From assembly GCA_000091205.1 (NCBI GenBank), contig AP006494.2: 64,000 nucleotides of DNA. One strand, given 5' to 3'. Made by a program: the position numbers and the translations under genes. The stretch is from Cyanidioschyzon merolae. Lineage: Eukaryota. Positions 57,880 to 64,000 of the stretch are shown piece after piece (positions within the stretch are counted from its first letter, which is position 1; every line of letters starts with the position of its first letter). The notes below the pieces were generated by a model. The model was not told the origin of the DNA. It did no database searches and saw nothing but the letters and a program-made list of their open reading frames with translations.

Positions 57880-57965
57880 GAAAAGCGCGTGCTCCGCCGA
57901 GCCTCCACGTGCGATGGCGCCTGCTGGTGGGATCTCTGGAGCAGCGCCCTGCTGCGGTGCCCTGT
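57880..57965 (+). repeat. Short dispersed repeat R2 (second copy at ~59095..59170)
   Basis: ccgc.gagcctcca.gtgcgatggcgc..gctggtgg.atctct.gagcagc shared between the two loci; gives similar peptide RRASTCDGACWWDLWSS / RGASRCDGARWWYLSSS in the ORF track. Confidence 0.4.
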
Positions 57966-58735
57966 CGTTGCCTGCTGGTTTTTTCAGATGACAAAACGTT
58001 TCCATTGACCATGGATCCCTGAAGTCGGAATGGATAATGGCTTTCGTGAAAGCGTCCATGATGAAGCGCCTTCCCTCAAGTTCCGTTACCCGTACTTCCT
58101 CTCGTCTGCACTGGTCGTTTCGTATGTTCTATCGTACGCCGAGTGCCTGTTTTGAGCACCCACCGTAGCGCTCACACCACTGAAGCAGATGCTGCACAGA
58201 GACAGAACGGCCTTGTCATGCCACTGAGAACGTCGCCTCGACGCGTAGTTCTCCGACACGGAATCGGGATTCATCTTCAATCTGGGAGACAGCAAGCTCC
58301 ACAGTCAGACCTAATGCCTGTGGCAGCGCGAAACGATAGCTAGGAGACAACCGCAACCATGACGACACCTGGATGCATTCTAACCAATTCTAGTCTCAGA
58401 ATAAACAGCGTTGCGGGCGAGTTGCTCAGGTCGCGCCACTGCACGCGCCACTGGCAGGAGCATGAAGCACGATCCTGGGAGACTCGTCTGGCCCGCGGGA
58501 CCTTCCGCCTATAAGGTAAACGTTCGACAGTACGGAAAGCTTTTCTCCCTTGTAACATGTATCTTAGGGGGGAAATAAATATTGATATACTTGCCGGTGA
58601 GTCGTGAGTCTCGTACCTTTTTTCGATATCGCGCATTCAACACGCGCACCTGGGAGGTCAGGCCGTCGCGAGACACGACACGCATGTCGCCGCTGGGGAG
58701 AAACCCGATCGTGACCAATCGTTTACTGTTTGTTC

Positions 58736-59078
58736 TACAGTACAAGTTGTGTTTGCGTTGACGTCGTAGCCGAGTATGGTGTTTCAATTCGATTATGTTT
58801 CAACGCTCATGTGAGCGTATCCAAGCGATTTTTCCCAGTTTGTATCAGAAGCGTTCAAAGGGCGTTGTTTTTCAAAAAAATAAAAAGGAAAGATATGGAG
58901 AAGCCAGTCGAGGATCCTGGGGGCGCAGCGTCGCCGGCAACCGGAAAAACAACAAACAAAAAACAGTGCCGAGTCCAGAGGAACGGAGAAGGACGTAGAA
59001 GCAAAACGGTGCGGCCCTACGTGAAATGCTGCAAGAAAGACGACATTACGACGACATGACGGTGAAAGCGTGTCTTCT
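58736..59078 (+). mobile_element. Copy D: 5'-terminal fragment (~340 bp) of the TnpB/Fanzor-like element (leader plus first ~55 codons), truncated and joined to repeat R2
   Basis: Matches copies A/C from gtacag...gttcaaagggcgtt...aaaaaggaaag.atgga.aagccagtcgaggatcctggggg through ...gacggtgaaagcgtgtcttctaaac, then diverges into R2-like sequence. Confidence 0.5.
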
Positions 59079-62000
59079 AAACTGCGATCGACAATTCTAC
59101 GCGAATCGCGCGTGATCCGCGGAGCCTCCAGGTGCGATGGCGCGCGCTGGTGGTATCTCTCGAGCAGCCTACATGGCAATGCGACTCGTTGTTGTCGTTG
59201 GATGCTCAATGCAGAGCAGAGCAACCACCGCGCTGACACTCGGACTCGAACTCCAAATACCATCGATAGAGGCGATAGCAGCAGGCTGCCGGGCACGTAT
59301 ATGGGCCAAGGGGTCCACTATGCGCACCTCTTTGAGTCGGGTTTTGGTGCAGACCCCCAACGCAGCGCAAGAAAACTTGGATGAAATCAGCGCAGATTTG
59401 GCTGAAGCGCCTATTAGACGAAAACACGCTACCCAATCGTTCCCCGGAAATATAGAATTCTCCCGTCGCCTGAAGCGAACGGGCCAAACGCCAATATGGG
59501 AACGTAGACACGGGACCAGTCGCCCCAGTAACGCCGGCTTGACTCTATCGGGAACTACAACCTAGCATACACATGCAAGTACTGGTGGCAGGCGCTGGAA
59601 TTCCCGCGACTTGCTCGAGGTACCCAATGGCTCGCCAAAATGCGCGTTGGTGGCTTCCGGCTGGCAGCACCGGCGCTAAGCCGTATGGGAACACTGGAAT
59701 CGCACTGGGAATCGCACTATCCCTGCTGCGGAGACGAAATCCCCGAGACGCTGACGTATTTAGGCTGACAGTGCCCGCGCTGGAAACAGGAGCGCAGCGA
59801 TCTCCTTGAAGGACAGCAGCAGCTGGGCATCATCGTGATAGCCGAAGGTCGGACACTCACTTTGAGTGTAGCACTGGCAACTGATGGTCCGCTAACCGAG
59901 CCTCAGCGCTCATTAATGGCGAACAAACTCACATGCTACCTTCTGGGCAAAAGGTCCTGCGAATGGGATGCGCACACGGGTTTAGTGCTCTTTGTGCCTA
60001 CCCACTGTGGTGGGTCTCAAGCACAAAACCGCATTGCCAACCAAGAACGCATTCCATGCATGATCACGAAGGAGAGAGGCGGCTCCCAGGATATATCCTA
60101 ATAGCCAAGTTTCTCCAGCGTGTCGTGCAGCGAAGACAGGCCTGCATCCGCAGACTGTCCAAGCACAAACTGACGATGAGACCCGATTCTACGTCGGGTG
60201 AAGCACCCCTCGAGCCGACGCCCTCTGGGGTATAGAAAAGCTGCTCTAGCTCGATGACCTATCTGCTCCAGCGGTTAAGTTCCCAAGGCGGATGATTAGG
60301 TTAGGTACTAGGCACACACGATAGGACGTATGAAACGACCAGAATATCCGAGAATCAGTATAGGTAATGTAATTTGGAGGTAGGGTGTTTGATGGATACT
60401 TTAGTGTGCACTGAAGAAAAACACAGAAAAAGAGAAAGAAAAGAAAACTGCGCATAATCGGCGAACGCTGCCCCATGTAATCATTTCGTCAAATGAGATA
60501 ATAACCGGTTCCGTACGAGTTCCGAGTATCGACGTCGCGATGCGGCGCGTCGATGCGTTCTGGGACGTGCGTCTGCAAACCTCCAATGCCATCATCTGGT
60601 CATCATGCTTCCCGTGTCCCAAGCATGCGCTGGGCCATCACACAACGGTTTGATCGAAAATTTCCAGAGGAGCTCGGACCCCTCGATGCGCAGTCAGCGG
60701 AGCTCCGTCGAACACGTGCCTGGCAACGTGCCTCGAGACGAGGCGAGGCGTGACCTCATCGAGTAGGAAGCCACGCGATCCTTGATGGCGTGCTGCATCT
60801 CAGCTTTGTTTCAAAGATGCTCCTCATCCATACATGGTAGCAGATACGTCTAAACGACGACCCTAGGTTTTGCTTGACGCTGCGAAAGTTTTCCTTCTTA
60901 TCCCACTGCATCATCTCTAAGCGGATTTGGTTACGTTCTTTCTCCGGTGGGTTCTGTGATTTCTCGTTTACTAGGCGAGATGGCATCGATCTGGTCCCTG
61001 TACCACATATATTTTTCTCCTCGAGATTCGGACGGATTCGGTCGACGATGGTAATGAAACTCTCCTTTTCTGTCTATTTCTTCTACGATTCCCATATACG
61101 TTTTTGGGACGGTATCCGTCCGCAGCACGCTAGGAGACCGACGTTCGTTGCATCACTCCGCCTCGCTCACGAGCAGAGCAGCAACCGAGCAATTCTGAGC
61201 TGGTGGAGCCAGCGCATGACTTGTGGAATATCGTTGTCACATACGCGACCGACATAACTATTGAACCGTGCGCGAAGCAAGAACATGAGAGAACAGAGCA
61301 GACGGCTTCGACTGGATTGAACCAAGGGAAACGGGCAGCGACGACGAACAGCTCTTCGCCGATTTCAGCTGCGCAATCCTCGACCGATTCCGAGTGATGG
61401 TAACCAACGTTATCCAGGAGCAGGACAGGAGGATGTGCGACGCACAAGCCGCGACTGCTGCATCGAAAAAGCATGACGCGTTGAACGATCACGTCCGTTT
61501 GACGATTTGCAGGCGACCACATGATGACAACGCCGCTGGTGCTGACGTTGTCGGATTGCTCGCGTGTCTGTCCTTTACGAGAAGCGCTTTGCTGTTCTTT
61601 GAGTACCCAGGTAGATATCTGCGATTTCTCTCGAATAAAATCTCATCACACGAGCCGTGCCCCCGTTCCTCGTGCAGCATGCGTTCGCGTTTCAGCACGA
61701 GCTCGATGGTGTGTGTCGATGAACGCGTACCGCACTCCCACAGAAGCGTGCCTTTCACTTTGTACATCCGAGTCGCATCATCGCAGATCGACGCAACCGT
61801 ACAAAAACGTCCCCTTTTGTGGCCTTTTCTCATCGTATTCCGTAGAGAACACTTGGAATGGAATCGATGGACCTGGAGACCGACGTGTAGATAGTTTTTG
61901 AAAAGTTGTGTTTCGAGTGCATGACGCTCAAGGTAAGGAATAAGAGAAGGATGGTTAATCAACCTGCAGACGGCAGAATCACTGAATTGTAGAGGTAATG

Positions 62001-62098
62001 CCCTTTTTCGCACGCTAGCAGTTACAGCATAAAGTCTTTCCGCAACCTTTCTCGAATCTACTGCAGCCATTTCTCTTGTTGAGTAGCTGCGAGAGAAC

Positions 62099-62125
62099 CA
62101 ACAACAACAACAACAACAACAACAA
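62099..62125. repeat. (CAA)9 trinucleotide microsatellite
   Basis: caacaacaacaacaacaacaacaacaa read directly. Confidence 0.9.
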
Positions 62126-62296
62126 AATAAGTTCCGGTACAGATGTTCCGTTCTTCACTGCTCTGAGAGTAACGCCGAGGGTTGCACGCTCTTGTCCGGG
62201 GGCCAGACGGATACCTTCGACTGAGTCGACCACCAACATCACCATCATTGGCGACGTGCTACCTCATTTCAAAGAGCGGCGAATCTCGGCGTCGAT

Positions 62297-63958
62297 TCAG
62301 ACTGAGGACGCCTGTGGTTGCCTGCTCGCTGTTGCCGGTTTTGACGATCCGTCGTGCTTCGGTTCGGTGCTTGCATTCGGTGATGCAGGTGGATCCACCC
62401 ATACGCCGTCTTCCTTCATTAACTTGATGAGCTCGGCAACGCCTTGGTTTTCGGGAACCGTTCGGATCTCCTCACGGCCGCGGTACAGACTGATCTTTCC
62501 GGGGGTCTTTCCGACATAGCCATAATCCGCATCGGCCATCTCGCCGGGGCCGTTCACAATGCACCCCATGACGGCTATGCTGAGTCCCGGCATGTGTTTG
62601 GTAGCATCGCGAACTTTGTGAAGAACCTCCTCGATATTAAATAGCGTGCGTCCACACGAAGGACACGCGACATACTCAACCATGGTGCGCCGAAGGCCCA
62701 GGGCCTGAAGGATTCCATAACAGACCGGAATTTCCTTGACTGGATCCTCGGTTAACGAGACTCGGATTGTATCGCCGATACCCTCGGCCAGTAGGCCACC
62801 AATGCCAATGCTGGACTTGATGCGGCCGTATTCCCCGTCGCCGGCTTCGGTTACACCTAAATGGATAGGATAGTCCATACTCTCCTGATCTAGACGCTTC
62901 GCGAGCAAACGATATGCAGCCATCATCACGGGCACTTTGCTCGCCTTCATGCTGATCACCAGGTTATGAAAGTCGAGCTCGCGGCATACACGAATGCACT
63001 CGAGCGCGCTCTCGACCATACCCTCGGGTGTGTCGCCGTACGTGAAAAGCATCCGTTCTGATAGGCTGCCATGATTCACGCCGATGCGCATTGCTTTGTC
63101 TTGCTCTCTCAGCGAGAGAATGAGTGGCTTCAGCGTCTCCTTCAGTTTCTGTGCTGCTGCCTCGAAGTCAGCACGGCTGTACTCGGTTCGATTGGGGTCA
63201 GGCTTTTCGAATACATACAAGCCAGGGTTAATGCGCACCTTATCCACGTGTTTCGCCACCTCTAATGCGATGTTCATGCCGTTATGGTGCACGTCGGCAA
63301 CCAGGGGTACATCGCGGTACGTTTCACGCAAACGTTGCTTTATGAAACCGACAGCATGCGCGTGCGCCATGGACGGAACCGTAAGCCGAACGACCTCACA
63401 GCCCGCCTCGTGCAAGCGCCTGATGGAGGCCACGCATCCCTCAATATCCAAAGTGTCCTCATTGATCATGCTCTGAACCACAACCGGGTTGCCACCGCCG
63501 ATGTACACGTCGCCGACGCGTACGGCTCGAGTCTTGCGGCGGGGAATCGAACCGGTCAAGTCAAGGTTTACGAGGCCTGACTGATCACTCAGCGCATCTT
63601 TGGGTTTCGGTATTGGCGCCGTGGGACGTGCCGGACCCACAACCTTCGCGCAGAGTGGCAAGCGCGCGCCGCGGACGCGACGTTGCTGGGCGTGTAGCGC
63701 CGCTGCTGCGCTGCGTTTCCGCGCTGCACCTGCTTCCAGCAGTGGCAAAAAACTCCCGGTTCGGCAGCTCGCACCAGACAAGAGCACCGTCGATACAAAC
63801 GCGCTTTGCGGAGCACTCATCGAACTTGAGGTTGTACAGACGAGCGTTCTACGCGGTGAATAGCGTGCGTTACACGTACGATGATCGGTAACCGTGCGCG
63901 CAAGAGTGCAGCTGGCGACGAGTGGGAAGCGCGCGCGATCCATTCGCTTGGCCAGCAC
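62297..63958 (-). CDS. ispG: 4-hydroxy-3-methylbut-2-enyl diphosphate synthase (IspG/GcpE, MEP pathway), bacterial-type core with ~140-aa Arg/Ser/Ala-rich N-terminal targeting-like extension
   Basis: Core collinear with IspG: [101 protein letters not shown] (4Fe-4S Cys triad). Confidence 0.85.
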   Translation of the reverse strand: MLAKRMDRARFPLVASCTLARTVTDHRTCNARYSPRRTLVCTTSSSMSAPQSAFVSTVLLSGASCRTGSFLPLLEAGAARKRSAAAALHAQQRRVRGARLPLCAKVVGPARPTAPIPKPKDALSDQSGLVNLDLTGSIPRRKTRAVRVGDVYIGGGNPVVVQSMINEDTLDIEGCVASIRRLHEAGCEVVRLTVPSMAHAHAVGFIKQRLRETYRDVPLVADVHHNGMNIALEVAKHVDKVRINPGLYVFEKPDPNRTEYSRADFEAAAQKLKETLKPLILSLREQDKAMRIGVNHGSLSERMLFTYGDTPEGMVESALECIRVCRELDFHNLVISMKASKVPVMMAAYRLLAKRLDQESMDYPIHLGVTEAGDGEYGRIKSSIGIGGLLAEGIGDTIRVSLTEDPVKEIPVCYGILQALGLRRTMVEYVACPSCGRTLFNIEEVLHKVRDATKHMPGLSIAVMGCIVNGPGEMADADYGYVGKTPGKISLYRGREEIRTVPENQGVAELIKLMKEDGVWVDPPASPNASTEPKHDGSSKPATASRQPQASSV

Positions 63959-64000
63959 CGGCAGACGTCCATATCCTTTACTTTTGTCTTATAAAGTACA

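Noticed and set aside
57180-58012. Long minus-strand ORFs (57180..57908, 57476..58012) and poly-Ser/His ORFs at 2323..2618
   Set aside because: They are antisense shadows of the bZIP gene's GC-rich low-complexity region and of the poly-Asp repeat, with no domain content.
63535-63570. GGTTCGATTCC T-loop-like motif (minus strand)
   Set aside because: Lies inside the well-supported IspG coding sequence and has no surrounding cloverleaf.
1-64000. Prokaryotic origin of the window
   Set aside because: Multiple strictly eukaryotic genes (CCT5, PSMA2, MED14-like, HSF, TRAPPC1, RPF1) with alternating strands. No operon-like organisation or obvious Shine-Dalgarno patterning.

Overview
This 64-kb window is nuclear DNA from a GC-rich, intron-poor eukaryote, not a prokaryote. 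It holds single-exon genes for CCT5 chaperonin, proteasome alpha-2, a MED14-like protein, HSF, TRAPPC1/Bet5, RPF1 and ALKBH6, alternating between strands. A bacterial-type IspG/GcpE with an N-terminal targeting-like extension suggests the organism carries a plastid; its exact taxon cannot be assigned from sequence alone. Bases 1-37,900 are gene-dense: DUF815-type AAA+ ATPase, NRAMP, GNAT acetyltransferase, UPRT, ALKBH6, CLC chloride channel, Pumilio-family protein, MED14-like, RPF1, PSMA2 and aldehyde dehydrogenase. Bases 37,900-62,000 are a repeat-rich island. The main signal there is a ~2.4-kb repeated element in three near-full-length copies plus one 5' fragment. Its conceptual protein has an NLS-like N-terminus, a RuvC-I-like GADPGNTN motif, a Cys/His-containing Y/FTT-type segment and a RuvC-III-like NRDFIAAINI motif. 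That is the TnpB/Fanzor (OMEGA) family of RNA-guided nucleases. All copies carry disabling lesions, but they share two conserved in-frame stop codons and a conserved 3' tail that is the expected ωRNA location. Other repeats, a Tc1/mariner transposase remnant and intact housekeeping genes (CCT5, HSF, TRAPPC1, a bZIP factor) are interleaved. Start codons from the ORF track are unreliable because it admits GTG/TTG starts. Two genes directly downstream of element copies were re-started at their first plausible ATG.
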